Below are positions 1-12,203 of a DNA stretch of 64,000 nucleotides, piece by piece (the first letter of the stretch is position 1; every line of letters starts with the position of its first letter). The DNA is from Candidatus Krumholzibacteriota bacterium (lineage in GTDB: Bacteria; Krumholzibacteriota; Krumholzibacteriia; JAJRXK01). A model generated the notes under the pieces. The model saw only the letters and a list, made by a program, of their open reading frames with translations. It was not told the DNA's origin and did no database searches. The stretch lies in contig CAVXTH010000008.1 in the NCBI GenBank assembly GCA_963764625.1, forward strand, positions 152,584 to 216,583. The letters are read 5' to 3'. A program made the translations under genes and the position numbers.

Positions 1-579
1 GTCGAGGTGAGTGACGTGCGGCCGGCGGTGAAGGAACAGGTCGAAAGCCTGGGCGGCAAGTACATCGAAGTTCCCCCCGACGAGAACGCGGACGCGGTCG
101 AGGACAAGGACGGCTACGCGAAAGAGCAGAGCGCCGAATTCCTCGCCCGTCAGCGCGAGCTGGTGAAGGCGCGAATCGAGCAAGCGGACGTGGTCATCAC
201 CACCGCCGCCATTCCCGGCAAGCCGGCCCCCAAGCTGGTCACGGCCGAGATGGTGGAGAACATGCGCGTGGGTTCGGTCGTCGTCGACCTGGCGGTCGAG
301 ACCGGCGGAAACTGCGAACTGAGCGTTCCCGGGGAGACGGTGGTAAAGCACGGCGTGACTCTGGTGGGAATGAAGAACGTTCCCGGGTTGGTCCCGGTCA
401 ACTCCTCGGAAATGTACGCCAAGAACATTCTGAACCTCATCACCGACATGACGGATCGCGAGGGGAACTTCCGCGTCGATCTCGAGGATGCCGCCGTCGG
501 CGGATGCACCGTCATCCACGAGGGCAAGATCGTCCACTCCGCCACCGCCGAGGCGATGGGCGGGAAGGGAGAACAGTAG
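1..579 (+). CDS. pntA: NAD(P) transhydrogenase alpha subunit part 1 (domain I), 5'-truncated by the window
   Basis: Frame open from base 1; motifs DVRPAVKEQVESLG, DVVITTAAIPGKPAP, VDLAVETGGNCE. Confidence 0.93.
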   Translation, partial: VEVSDVRPAVKEQVESLGGKYIEVPPDENADAVEDKDGYAKEQSAEFLARQRELVKARIEQADVVITTAAIPGKPAPKLVTAEMVENMRVGSVVVDLAVETGGNCELSVPGETVVKHGVTLVGMKNVPGLVPVNSSEMYAKNILNLITDMTDREGNFRVDLEDAAVGGCTVIHEGKIVHSATAEAMGGKGEQ

Positions 580-581
580 CC

Positions 582-863
582 ATGTCACCATTCATGATGG
601 GGCTCACGGTTTTCGTGCTAGCCATTTTCTTGGGCGTCGAACTCATCACGAAAGTGCCGCCGACCCTACACACTCCGCTCATGTCGGGTGCGAATGCCAT
701 TTCCGGCATCACGATCGTCGGCGCGCTCTACTGCGCGCAAACCGGGCGCGTGAGCACGGCCAACATTCTCGGTTTCGTGGCCATCACCGTGGCCATGATC
801 AACGTGGTGGGTGGCTTCATGGTCACCGACCGCATGTTGCAGATGTTCAAGAGGAAGGGGTAA
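582..863 (+). CDS. pntA: NAD(P) transhydrogenase alpha subunit part 2 (membrane)
   Basis: ATG at 582; KVPPTLHTPLMSGANAISGI and INVVGGFMVTDRMLQMF; three-subunit arrangement. Confidence 0.93.
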   Translation: MSPFMMGLTVFVLAIFLGVELITKVPPTLHTPLMSGANAISGITIVGALYCAQTGRVSTANILGFVAITVAMINVVGGFMVTDRMLQMFKRKG

Positions 864-866
864 TCG

Positions 867-2321
867 ATGTTGAGCAACCTCATTCCTCTGGGATACCTGT
901 TATCCACCGCGTTCTTCATCTTCGGGATCAAGCGCCTTTCGAAAGTGCGGACGGCTCGTCACGGAAATCAGCTCGCCGGCTTCGGAATGTTCCTCGCCAT
1001 CGTGCTGACCGTGCTCGACATCAACCTGAAGGCCGGCCAACCCGTCGACTACCGCTACATGATCGCGGGCGTGATTTTGGGAAGCCTGTTGGGGGCCGTC
1101 GCGTCGATCCGAGTGCAGATGACCCAGATGCCCGAGATGGTGGCCGTGTTCAACGGCTTCGGCGGAATGGCCTCGGCCCTGGTCGGACTGAGCGTGGTGT
1201 GGCGCGCGGTGCACAGCACCATGGCCATGCCCGGTCACACCGGCACTCTGGAGGTTCATCGTATCCTGGGCGGCATGGACGTGGCGGTATCCACCGTCCT
1301 CTCCTTGTTGGTCGGTGCCGTCACTCTGACCGGAAGTCTGGTGGCCTACGCCAAGCTGGCGGGCAAGATGACCGGCAATCCCATCATGGTGCCTGGCAGG
1401 CACATCCTGAACGGGGTTCTCTTTGCCTTCGCGCTGGCGGTCGCGGGCATGCTCGCTTTCGGCAGCTACTCGGGATTCGTCGTTCTCGGTCTCTGCCTCG
1501 CCGTGTTGGCCGCCTCGCTCATCCTGGGGGTCATGGCGGTCATTCCCATCGGTGGCGCGGACATGCCGGTCGTCATCTCGCTGCTCAATTCCTATTCGGG
1601 AATCGCGGCGGCCATGACCGGATTCGTGCTCCGGAACAACTTGCTCATCGTCTCGGGCTCCTTGGTCGGCGCCTCGGGGATCATCCTCTCGGAGATCATG
1701 TGCAAGGCCATGAACCGCAGCCTCGGCAACGTGCTCGTCGGCGGATTCGGGGGCGACGCCTCGACTGGCAGCAGCGAGGGCTACACGAACATCACGCAGT
1801 CCTCGCCGGAAGAGATGGCGATGATTCTCGAGGATGCCGAATCGGTGGTCTTCGTGCCCGGCTACGGGCTGGCGGTCGCCCAGGCGCAGCACGTCACCAA
1901 GGAACTCGCGGGGCTCCTGGAGAAACACGGCACCAAGGTATCCTATGCCATCCACCCGGTGGCGGGGCGCATGCCCGGACACATGAACGTGCTCCTGGCG
2001 GAAGCGGACGTGCCCTACGAGCAACTCATCGAGATGGACGACATCAACCCCGAGTTCAAAACCACCGACGTGGCCATCATCTTGGGCGCGAACGACGTGG
2101 TGAATCCGGCCGCGATCAACGATCCCAACAGCCCCATCGCGGGAATGCCGATCCTCAACGTCTACGAGGCTCGCACCGTGTTCATCATCAAGCGTTCGCT
2201 GTCGCCCGGGTTCGCGGGCATCCGCAACGAGCTTTTCGACTACGACAACGCGATCATGGTGTTCGGGGACGCGAAGAAGGTTCTCACCGAAGTCGTCAAC
2301 GAGGTGAAGGAATCCTTCTGA
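867..2321 (+). CDS. pntB: NAD(P) transhydrogenase beta subunit
   Basis: MPEMVAVFNGFGG, PIGGADMPVVISLLNSYSG, PGYGLAVAQAQH, HPVAGRMPGHMNVLLAEA. Confidence 0.97.
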   Translation: MLSNLIPLGYLLSTAFFIFGIKRLSKVRTARHGNQLAGFGMFLAIVLTVLDINLKAGQPVDYRYMIAGVILGSLLGAVASIRVQMTQMPEMVAVFNGFGGMASALVGLSVVWRAVHSTMAMPGHTGTLEVHRILGGMDVAVSTVLSLLVGAVTLTGSLVAYAKLAGKMTGNPIMVPGRHILNGVLFAFALAVAGMLAFGSYSGFVVLGLCLAVLAASLILGVMAVIPIGGADMPVVISLLNSYSGIAAAMTGFVLRNNLLIVSGSLVGASGIILSEIMCKAMNRSLGNVLVGGFGGDASTGSSEGYTNITQSSPEEMAMILEDAESVVFVPGYGLAVAQAQHVTKELAGLLEKHGTKVSYAIHPVAGRMPGHMNVLLAEADVPYEQLIEMDDINPEFKTTDVAIILGANDVVNPAAINDPNSPIAGMPILNVYEARTVFIIKRSLSPGFAGIRNELFDYDNAIMVFGDAKKVLTEVVNEVKESF

Positions 2322-2368
2322 GATCAGACCGGATCAAAGGCGGCTGAGAGTTTCGCCGTCGATGGAAT

Positions 2369-2402
2369 GAACGCCCTCCGGCTCTGGCGGGGGGCGTTTT
2401 CA
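2369..2402. terminator. Intrinsic terminator between convergent pntB and the HD gene
   Basis: Hairpin AACGCCCTCCG-gctctgg-CGGGGGGCGTT followed by TT. Confidence 0.65.
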
Positions 2403-3638
2403 TTCGGGCTCGACCCAATACAGCCGGTGCACGACCACCGGTTCGGCCAGGACCCTGAGGGTAGGACTCAGCTCGGTGATGTCCACCAGGCGCCCCGATT
2501 CGGTCTGAACCCGCAGCCCTTTGCGCCCCTCCTCAGGAGAGTAGGGACGATAGGGAACGTCGGCCGCGCGATCGACCCACACCGCGCAGCTCGGATCCAG
2601 GCCGTCCGTCGTCGCGCGTTCCTTCTGGCGCTCGAACTCGTCCTTTAGCGCCTCGCTGCCCCGGTCGGAGGAGAGGGCGCGCAGCGGTCGGCGGAAGCGC
2701 AGGGCCCTGGCCAGCGCCCGCACCGTCGCATCCTCGTGGTTCACCAGAGCATCCAGGTCGACGAGAAAGTGCGCGTCGGTCAGGGTGAGATAGCGCTGAA
2801 GCGAAATCGTTTTCTCGTGCAGGATATGCATCACCCGGCACTCGGCGGGCGTGGCGTCGGGCCCCAGGAGTTGCAAGCGCCGACACAGCCCGCGGAACGC
2901 GGTCTCGAACCCGCGCCCGGTCTTGTGCAGATAGACGTTCTGGAACATGTGGTAGCGCCCGATGAGATACTGCTCGACCGCGCTCCGTCCCTGCTCCACC
3001 ACCAAAACCGCCTTGCGGTCGCGGCTGGGCACCATGGCCCGGATCAACCAATCGCGGTCGATCGAACCGTAGTGCGTGCCGGTGTGCAGGGAATCGCGCC
3101 GAAGGTAATCCATCCGGTCACAGTCGAGCGCGCTGGATACGAGATCGCACAACCAGATGAACCCACTCTCTTGAACCGCACCGCAGAGCAGTTGGTGCAC
3201 GCGGTCCTTGGTTCCCGGGAGAATCTCCTCGAGCCGCGCGGGCACGCTGGGCCCCTGGGTCACCAGCTCGCGGGTCCATTCTTCGTGTTTGCGCTGGACG
3301 ACGGCTTCGAAGGTGTGGCTGAAGGGGCCGTGCCCCAGGTCGTGCAGCAGACAGGCCAGCGCGGTGGCGATGAACCATTCCGGAGGGATTTCGGCGCCGG
3401 CCGCAAGCAACTGGCGCATCGTGCGCTGGCAGCCCTGGAAGGCCCCGAGACTGTGCGCAAAGCGCGTATGGGTGGCGCCGGGATAGACCAGTTCGGTGAA
3501 CCCGAGTTGTTTTACCTGGCGCAGGCGCTGCAGTTCGGGGCTGTCGATCAGTTCTCGCACCGCCCCGGCCGGAACTCCGGGAAGACGGTCCAGGTCGATG
3601 AGCCCCTCGACCGGGTCCTTGATCTTGGTCGTGGCCAT
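2400..3638 (-). CDS. HD-domain phosphohydrolase (YdhJ/SAMHD1-like dNTP triphosphohydrolase family)
   Basis: QRLRQVKQLG, HTRFAHSLG, LLHDLGHGPFSH, LDCDRMDYLRRDS, VYLHK. Confidence 0.88.
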   Translation of the reverse strand: MATTKIKDPVEGLIDLDRLPGVPAGAVRELIDSPELQRLRQVKQLGFTELVYPGATHTRFAHSLGAFQGCQRTMRQLLAAGAEIPPEWFIATALACLLHDLGHGPFSHTFEAVVQRKHEEWTRELVTQGPSVPARLEEILPGTKDRVHQLLCGAVQESGFIWLCDLVSSALDCDRMDYLRRDSLHTGTHYGSIDRDWLIRAMVPSRDRKAVLVVEQGRSAVEQYLIGRYHMFQNVYLHKTGRGFETAFRGLCRRLQLLGPDATPAECRVMHILHEKTISLQRYLTLTDAHFLVDLDALVNHEDATVRALARALRFRRPLRALSSDRGSEALKDEFERQKERATTDGLDPSCAVWVDRAADVPYRPYSPEEGRKGLRVQTESGRLVDITELSPTLRVLAEPVVVHRLYWVEPE

Positions 3639-3730
3639 TCTTCCCCCCCTTTTAGCCGGGTGGAGACTAGCGCCTTGGGGTGGGCGGAGGCTACCGTGGA
3701 TGCGAAGATCTCTGCTAGAGTACAGCCGCC

Positions 3731-4630
3731 ATGAACCCCTCCGGCTCCGTGAGCATCACCCAAGTCTCTGAGCTTCTCGCTCTGACCGAGTCCGATCGGC
3801 GCTGGGGATGTGAGATCCTGGATCTCCGCTCCGGGGGGCGCGCCGCCTCCTGCCATCTGCCGGGCAGCGCCTCCTTGCCCCTGGGCCCCGGGCAGGATTT
3901 CGCCTCCGCTCTGCCGGCCCACATGCTCGCCCCGGCGGGCTCCTCCCTGATCGTCCTGGACGAGACGGCGGCGCGGGCGCGCGCGGCGGCCGAGCACCTG
4001 GCGGGTCGAGGCTATCGGGCCCGGTGGTTCGCCGGAGAGCTCGAGGGGCTCCCCTGGCAGCCCGGCCCCAGTTCAGGGGCGCTTTGGAGCCCCGACCCCT
4101 TTCTGGCCGACCACCTCTCGCTCCTCCCCGAGCCGGTCGAGGGCCGGGTGGCCGATTGGGGCGCGGGAAACGGACGCAATGCGGTCTTTCTGGCCTCCCA
4201 GGGCTATCGGGTCCACTGCTATGACCGCCTGCCGGACACCCTGGCCCTGGCCCGGGACCGCGCCCGGCGCCATGGGCTGAAAGAATTCGTCACGACACAT
4301 CAAGAAATGTTGGGACATGACTCCAAGTTCCACGAGGCGCCCTTCGCGGCGATCCTGATGATCCGATTCCATGAAAAATCTTTGATGGAAGGGCTGCGGG
4401 CGTGGCTGCGGCCGGGGGGAGTGGTGCTCGTGCATACCTATGCGCAGGCACCCCGTCTCGAGGAGGGAGTCCGGGGGCCCCGGCGGGCCCGGTATCACCT
4501 CACTGTGAAGGAGGCGGAGCGCCTGTTCCCCGCGAGGGAGTGGACCTTCCTGGAGCGCTCGGGCGCCTTGGAGCGGCCGGACGAGCCCATGATCGCCTTC
4601 GTGGCGCGCCCGCGCGGCTCGGAAGGCTAG
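3731..4630 (+). CDS. Rhodanese-like domain fused to a class I SAM methyltransferase (TehB-like)
   Basis: N-terminal ILDLR...HLPGSASLP; C-terminal VADWGAGNGRNAVFLA and LRPGG. Confidence 0.7.
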   Translation: MNPSGSVSITQVSELLALTESDRRWGCEILDLRSGGRAASCHLPGSASLPLGPGQDFASALPAHMLAPAGSSLIVLDETAARARAAAEHLAGRGYRARWFAGELEGLPWQPGPSSGALWSPDPFLADHLSLLPEPVEGRVADWGAGNGRNAVFLASQGYRVHCYDRLPDTLALARDRARRHGLKEFVTTHQEMLGHDSKFHEAPFAAILMIRFHEKSLMEGLRAWLRPGGVVLVHTYAQAPRLEEGVRGPRRARYHLTVKEAERLFPAREWTFLERSGALERPDEPMIAFVARPRGSEG

Positions 4631-4636
4631 GGCCGT

Positions 4637-7114
4637 CTAGCTCTCGTCGGCCTCGTCTTCGTCGTTCTCCAGCTCCGAACTCGTGGCGACCGGCGCCACC
4701 GTCGCCACCGCGTCCTCTTCGTCCAGATTGATGAGGCGTACGCCCTGGGTGTTGCGTCCCATGCTGGAGATGCTGTCCATCGCCATCTTGATCACGATTC
4801 CGTTGCGGGTGATCACCATGAGACTCTCTTCCTCCCGCGCGAGCTGCACGCCGACCAAAGGACCGTTGCGGCGGGTGATGTTCATCGTGATGATTCCCTT
4901 TCCGCCCCGGCCCTGCGGCCGGTACTCGTCCAACGGCGTCCTCTTTCCGTAACCGTTCTCGGTCACCGAGAGCACGCTCACCTCCTCGGCGGGATCGGTC
5001 ACGATCATTCCCACCACGCGATCGTCCCCGGAGGAGAGCTCGATGCCCTTCACGCCGCGAGCCGTGCGCCCCATGGGCCGCACGTCGTTCTCGTCGAAGC
5101 GGATCGACTTCCCCGACCTGAGGGCCAGAATGACGTGATTCGTCCCGTCGGTGAGGGCCGCATCCATGAGGCGGTCCCCCTCGACGATGTCGATGGCGCG
5201 GATGCCCGAACGGCGGATGTTGGAGAACTGATCGAGGGAGGTCCGTTTCACCAGACCCGCCTCGGTCACGAAGAGCACATAGTGGTCTTCGTCGAATTCA
5301 CCCGGCACCGGTACGATGGCACGCACGATCTCGTCTTTTTCCAGGAGTAGCAGATTGACGATCGCCTTCCCCTTGGCGGCGCGTCCGGCCTGGGGAATCT
5401 GGTGCACTTTCAACCAGTGGCAGCGGCCGCTGCTGGTGAACACGAGAAGGTACTGGTGGGTGTTGGCCACGAAGAGATGCTCGACCCAGTCCTCGTCCTT
5501 GAGGGTCGCTCCCGTCACGCCGCGGCCGCCGCGACCCTGCAACCGATAGGTGTCCACCGGAAGCCTCTTGACGTACTGGCCGTGGCTGATCGTCACGACC
5601 ATGTCTTCCTCCGGAATGAGATCCTCGAGAGAAAGGTCTCCCTCGACGTCGACGATCTCGGTGCGCCTCTCGTCTCCGAATTTCTCCCGCAGATCCAGGA
5701 GCTCGTCCTTGATGATCGAGAGCTGCATGCTCCGGCTGGCGAGAATGCTGCGCAGCCGTTCGATTTCTTGAATGAGCTCGAAATACTCCTTCTCGATCTT
5801 GTCGCGCTCGAGCCCGGTCAATCTCTGCAGGCGCAGATCCAGAATGGCCTGGGCTTGGATCTCGCTCAGCTCGAATCGCTCCATGAGACGGTTGCGCGCG
5901 GTAGAGGGGTCCGGGCTCTTCTTGATGAGTTCGACCACTTCGTCGATGTTCTCCAGGGCGATCCGATAGCCTTCGAGAATGTGCGCGCGCGCCTCCGCTT
6001 TCCGTAGCTCGAACTCGGTGCGGCGCACCACGACCTCTTCGCGAAACTTCAGATACTCCACCATCATGTCTTTGAGGCTCAGAAGTCTCGGCTGCGTGCC
6101 GACCAGGGCGATGTTGTTGACGCCGAAGGTGGACTGCATGTTCGTGTGCTTGAAGAGCTGGTTCAGCACGACTTCGCGGTGCGCATCTTTCTTGAGCTGA
6201 ATGACGATACGCATTCCCTTGCGATCGCTCTCGTCGGCCAGATCGGCGATTCCCTCGATGAGCCCGCCGCGCACGTGCTGCGCGATCTTCTGGATCAACT
6301 CCGACTTGTTCACGAAGTAGGGAATCTCGGTGACGATGATGGCTTCGCGTCCGTTCTTGAGTTCCTCGGTCTCGCACCGCGCGCGCATCACGATGCGCCC
6401 GCGGCCGGTCGCGATGTAATCGACGATTCCCTGGCGGCCGTGGATGATTCCGCCGGTGGGAAAATCGGGTCCCTTGACGAACTCCAAGAGCTCGATGTCA
6501 TCCAGCTCGGGATCCTCGAGCAGAGCCCCGAGACCGTCGATGATCTCCCGCAGGTTGTGGGGCGGGCAGTTGGTCGCCATGCCGACCGCGATCCCGGTGC
6601 TTCCGTTCACCAGGAGATTGGGAATGGCGCTGGGAAGAACCGAGGGCATTTCCCGCGAGCCATCGTAGTTGGGAACGAAGTCGACGGTTTCCTTGTCGAG
6701 GTCGCGCAGGATTTCCATGGCGAAGGGGGCGAGCCGCGCCTCGGTGTATCGTTCGGCGGCGGGGCTGTCGCCGTCGACCGAACCGAAGTTGCCCTGGCCA
6801 TCCACCAGCGGATATCTCAGGGAAAAGTCTTGCGCCATGCGCACCAGGGTGTCGTAGACGGCGGCCGTACCGTGGGGGTGATAGTTACCCGTGGTGTCAC
6901 CGGTGATCTTCGCGCTCTTGCGATAGGGCCGGCCCGGCGAGAGGTTGAGATCGTTCATCGCGGTGAGGACCCGGCGATGCACCGGTTTGAGACCATCGCG
7001 AACGTCCGGCAGCGCGCGGGATATGATCACGGACATCGAATAGTCCAGATACGCGGACTTCATTTTGATTTCGATGTTTACCGTCTTGATGCGATCTTGC
7101 GATTCTTCCGCCAT
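4637..7114 (-). CDS. gyrA: DNA gyrase subunit A
   Basis: [33 protein letters not shown] catalytic Tyr, GyrA-box QGRGGRG, C-terminal pinwheel repeats. Confidence 0.98.
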   Translation of the reverse strand: MAEESQDRIKTVNIEIKMKSAYLDYSMSVIISRALPDVRDGLKPVHRRVLTAMNDLNLSPGRPYRKSAKITGDTTGNYHPHGTAAVYDTLVRMAQDFSLRYPLVDGQGNFGSVDGDSPAAERYTEARLAPFAMEILRDLDKETVDFVPNYDGSREMPSVLPSAIPNLLVNGSTGIAVGMATNCPPHNLREIIDGLGALLEDPELDDIELLEFVKGPDFPTGGIIHGRQGIVDYIATGRGRIVMRARCETEELKNGREAIIVTEIPYFVNKSELIQKIAQHVRGGLIEGIADLADESDRKGMRIVIQLKKDAHREVVLNQLFKHTNMQSTFGVNNIALVGTQPRLLSLKDMMVEYLKFREEVVVRRTEFELRKAEARAHILEGYRIALENIDEVVELIKKSPDPSTARNRLMERFELSEIQAQAILDLRLQRLTGLERDKIEKEYFELIQEIERLRSILASRSMQLSIIKDELLDLREKFGDERRTEIVDVEGDLSLEDLIPEEDMVVTISHGQYVKRLPVDTYRLQGRGGRGVTGATLKDEDWVEHLFVANTHQYLLVFTSSGRCHWLKVHQIPQAGRAAKGKAIVNLLLLEKDEIVRAIVPVPGEFDEDHYVLFVTEAGLVKRTSLDQFSNIRRSGIRAIDIVEGDRLMDAALTDGTNHVILALRSGKSIRFDENDVRPMGRTARGVKGIELSSGDDRVVGMIVTDPAEEVSVLSVTENGYGKRTPLDEYRPQGRGGKGIITMNITRRNGPLVGVQLAREEESLMVITRNGIVIKMAMDSISSMGRNTQGVRLINLDEEDAVATVAPVATSSELENDEDEADES

Positions 7115-7126
7115 TCTCTGCTCCTG

Positions 7127-9124
<1,998 letters not shown>

Positions 9125-9436
9125 TCAAAGAGACCTGGGGGACCGACTGGTGTGGAAGCGAACGTCGCGTACGCTTCCGCTTCCAAGTTTCTTCTCGAAC
9201 TCCTCGCGAATGCGCGGCACCAACAGGCTCAGCTCTTGCGCCCACGCGCTTCCCTCGGCCCGCACCCAGAGTACTCCATCATTGAGGGCGATGGCCTGGC
9301 TGTGTTTCGCAATTTCCACTCCCACGATCTCGCCCCACGACGCGAGTACTTCCTGCTGCTGCAAGCCCTCCCGTAGAGGACTCTTCGCCAGGAGCTGCTC
9401 GACTGCTTCCTTCAGGCTGTGAATCCTCGCGCTCAC
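9125..9436 (-). CDS. dciA: DUF721/DciA family helicase-loading factor
   Basis: GTG at 9436 overlaps the recF stop; WGEIVG..IAKHS and SAWAQEL; canonical position between recF and gyrB. Confidence 0.82.
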   Translation of the reverse strand: MSARIHSLKEAVEQLLAKSPLREGLQQQEVLASWGEIVGVEIAKHSQAIALNDGVLWVRAEGSAWAQELSLLVPRIREEFEKKLGSGSVRDVRFHTSRSPRSL

Positions 9437-10629
9437 GTCGTGGCTCGATTCCCGTCGAGTTCCTCTGGTTTCAGCTGCTGTGCGATGGCTCTCAGGTCCT
9501 CGATCGCTTCGAGTTCTCCTTCGCGCACGATCCACACCTTCAGGTCCTCCCATTCCCGCATCCCCACCACGTCGTCGAGCCTGGCGGTGGCGATGAAAAG
9601 CTGGTGCTCGTGATGCAGCAGGCTTTGCAGGGCCTGGGTCCGCTGCTGATCGAGCTCACTAAAAATATCATCTAACAGAACGACGGGCCGCTCTTTCGTT
9701 CGCTCGTAGATCAGGGCGGCCTGTCCGAGCTTCAACGCGATCGCGGCCGATCGCATCTCTCCTTGCGATCCGAAACGTCGCAGGGCTCTTCCCTGAAGGC
9801 GCAGCTCGAGGCGATCACGGTGCGGACCGATCTGCGCGAATCCCATCCTCCGTTCACGGGCTCGTCCCTCCTTGAGAGCGCTCAGAAATTCCGCTCGTAC
9901 GAATGAAATTTCATCGCTCCATTCCTTCGGCTCTTCGGCCGGCCCAAAGGACGGCACCAGCTCCATTTTGAGGCTCCCGCCGCCCGGAGCCAAGGCGGAA
10001 TATGCCTGCTCCGAGGCTCGCTCCAGCGCGCCCAGGAGCTGCCTCCGCGCGACGATCAGAGGGGCTCCAAAGCGGGCCATTTCCGCGTCCCAAACCGCCA
10101 GCTCTCCTTCGGTCGCGAACTGTCGATCCTTGAGTAGACGATTTTTCTGCGCAAGAGCTCGACGGTACCCGAGCAGGTTCTGAAAATAGGGGTTTGCGAT
10201 CACGCTCAGCGTGATGTCGAGAAAATGCCTCCGGTGTTCCGGACTTCCCTTTGCCAGAGCGATTTCATCGGGATGGAAGAGAACGGCCGACAGGCGCCCC
10301 ACGAGATCCGAGTTTCTCGCGATCGTGGACCCGTCAATTTTGATCCGTTTCCGGCCTTGCGTGGTGAGAGCGGCCTCCAGGGTGAACTCCTCACCCTCTC
10401 GATCACGCCCTTCCACTTTCAGGTGGAGGTGATCCGCGCCGAAACGAATCATCTCGCGATCGTTCGAGCCTCGGTGCGAGCGGCCCAAGGCCAGGTACGA
10501 AAGCGCTTCGAGTAGGTTCGTCTTTCCCTGTCCATTCCGTCCCAAGAAGATATTGATTTTGGGCGAAAACTCCAGGGCGACATTGCTCAAATTCCGGTAA
10601 TTCAAGAGTTTAACTCTTGTGAGAATCAC
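9433..10629 (-). CDS. recF: DNA replication and repair protein RecF
   Basis: NYRN, GRNGQGKTNLLEA, GPHRD, GSQGE, LLDDIFSELD. Confidence 0.97.
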   Translation of the reverse strand: MILTRVKLLNYRNLSNVALEFSPKINIFLGRNGQGKTNLLEALSYLALGRSHRGSNDREMIRFGADHLHLKVEGRDREGEEFTLEAALTTQGRKRIKIDGSTIARNSDLVGRLSAVLFHPDEIALAKGSPEHRRHFLDITLSVIANPYFQNLLGYRRALAQKNRLLKDRQFATEGELAVWDAEMARFGAPLIVARRQLLGALERASEQAYSALAPGGGSLKMELVPSFGPAEEPKEWSDEISFVRAEFLSALKEGRARERRMGFAQIGPHRDRLELRLQGRALRRFGSQGEMRSAAIALKLGQAALIYERTKERPVVLLDDIFSELDQQRTQALQSLLHHEHQLFIATARLDDVVGMREWEDLKVWIVREGELEAIEDLRAIAQQLKPEELDGNRATT

Positions 10630-10658
10630 CGGTGGGCCTCTCTCTCGGGGGTGCTTTT

Positions 10659-11783
10659 CTAGTCGTTCAGCCGCAGCGGCATCAAGAGACAGAGATCGTC
10701 GCTTTCGAGAATCTTGGCCTCCGGGTCATCGCCGGGCAGGAAGATGGCGGCGCTGTCGGGGCGGTCGAGCGCGATGAGCAGATTCTCCGTTTTGAAGTGC
10801 TTCAAAATGTCCTCCACATAGCCGTGGTTGAAGCCGATGGAAACGTCCTCTCCTCCATATTCGATCGGAACTTCGTCCTCGGCGCGAGACCCCTCGGTCC
10901 CACTGGCGGAGAGTTTCATCGTCTTTCCTTCAACGCTCAGACGGATCTGATTGGTCACGCGATCCGCGGAGACCTTGACCCGACGAATGCCATCACTGAG
11001 AGCCTCTCGGTCGCAGATGATCCTTCGTTCGTTGTTCTTGGGAAGCACCTGTTCGTAGTTGGGGAAACTGCCCTCCACCAGACGGGTGTGGATGGTGGTA
11101 TTTTCCATTTCGAAACTCAACTGGTGCTCGCCCAAGTAGATCGTCACTTCGTCGATGGTCTCGGCCAGTCGCATGACCTGCTGGAGTCCTCCGGAGGAGG
11201 CGATGAGTTTGCGACTCAATTTCTTGGCGATGCCCGTCTTTCTGCGAACGCGGCTCAGACGATGTCCGTCGGTCGCGACCATCGTGAAGTGCCCGTCGGC
11301 GAGTTCCCAGTAGACTCCTTGAAGCGCGGGCCTGGTTTCGTCCTTCGAGGTGGCATAGATACAGCTGCGGATCATCTCCACTAGAGTTGCACCAGCAATG
11401 GTGAACGACTCGGCTTCTTGAACTCTCGGAAGTGCTGGAAAATCATCGGGATCCATGCACGGCTCTTCGAGCTTTGCCTTTCCGCTGCGTAAGACGACCC
11501 TCTCTTTGTTCGCTTCGATCTTCACCGAGTGAGACCCCAGAGTGCGCACGAACGGAACGAACTTTGCGGCCGGTACGGCGGCTTTTCCGTCGCTTTCCAC
11601 TTCCACTTCACGAACCCTCGTTACCACCGAGACATCCAGATCGGTGGCGGCCAGGGTGAGCACCTTCCCTTTTTGGTCGAAAAGGATAGTGGACAGGATG
11701 GGAAGGGTGGCTTTGGTGGAAACGACGTTGGCGACCGCGCCGAGCGCGCGAACGAGCTCGTTCTGTTGAACCTGGATCTTCAC
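10659..11783 (-). CDS. dnaN: DNA polymerase III beta clamp
   Basis: Likely GTG start at 11783; LPILS, ATDLD, ATDGHRL, FPNYEQV, LLMPLR. Confidence 0.96.
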   Translation of the reverse strand: MKIQVQQNELVRALGAVANVVSTKATLPILSTILFDQKGKVLTLAATDLDVSVVTRVREVEVESDGKAAVPAAKFVPFVRTLGSHSVKIEANKERVVLRSGKAKLEEPCMDPDDFPALPRVQEAESFTIAGATLVEMIRSCIYATSKDETRPALQGVYWELADGHFTMVATDGHRLSRVRRKTGIAKKLSRKLIASSGGLQQVMRLAETIDEVTIYLGEHQLSFEMENTTIHTRLVEGSFPNYEQVLPKNNERRIICDREALSDGIRRVKVSADRVTNQIRLSVEGKTMKLSASGTEGSRAEDEVPIEYGGEDVSIGFNHGYVEDILKHFKTENLLIALDRPDSAAIFLPGDDPEAKILESDDLCLLMPLRLND

Positions 11784-11879
11784 CGTGGGGCCTCGCTTGG
11801 AAGACTCTTGCAAGAGTACAATGAGAGAGGGCTATGCTATCGCAGCTCCGCGCTACGGGCAAGCCCGCGGGGTCTACTG

Positions 11880-12120
11880 TTTCTAATTGTTTGAAAAAGA
11901 AAATACAGTAGTAGTACGTAGGGCTGGGAATTGTGGGGAAAGAGGCCAAAACTTCAAAGTTAACTGACAATACCACAATGTCTTATCCAGAAGAGCTCAT
12001 TGAGGATCGCCTGGGGAGAAAGGGAGCGACACTTCAGGCTTATCCCAAGGGGCTCTGAAATCCCCCGGGATACGAGAGAGTATTCCTCAGATTCTCCTCG
12101 GTTTTTCCCCACTGCGTGCC
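11880..12120. other. oriC: oriC: dnaA-dnaN intergenic origin with DnaA boxes, DnaA-trios and an AT-rich tract
   Basis: Minus strand from 11940 reads TTCCCCACA-ATTCCCA-GCCC-TACGTACTACTAC, then an AT-rich tract; degenerate boxes TTATCCAGA (11983) and TTATCCCAA (12040). Confidence 0.82.
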
Positions 12121-12203
12121 CGCTTTTTTCCCTTCACGGCCCAAGAAAAAAGGGGCTTCCCAGTACGGGAAAAGCCCCCCGCGCGTTCAGTCGGTCGAAC
12201 GGT

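Noticed and set aside
488-2347. 619-aa alternative-frame ORF over pnt, and similar long shadow ORFs (6146-7852, 36693-38420, 47987-49330, 56843-58162)
   Set aside because: They overlap well-supported genes, have no motifs, and are expected from high-GC codon bias
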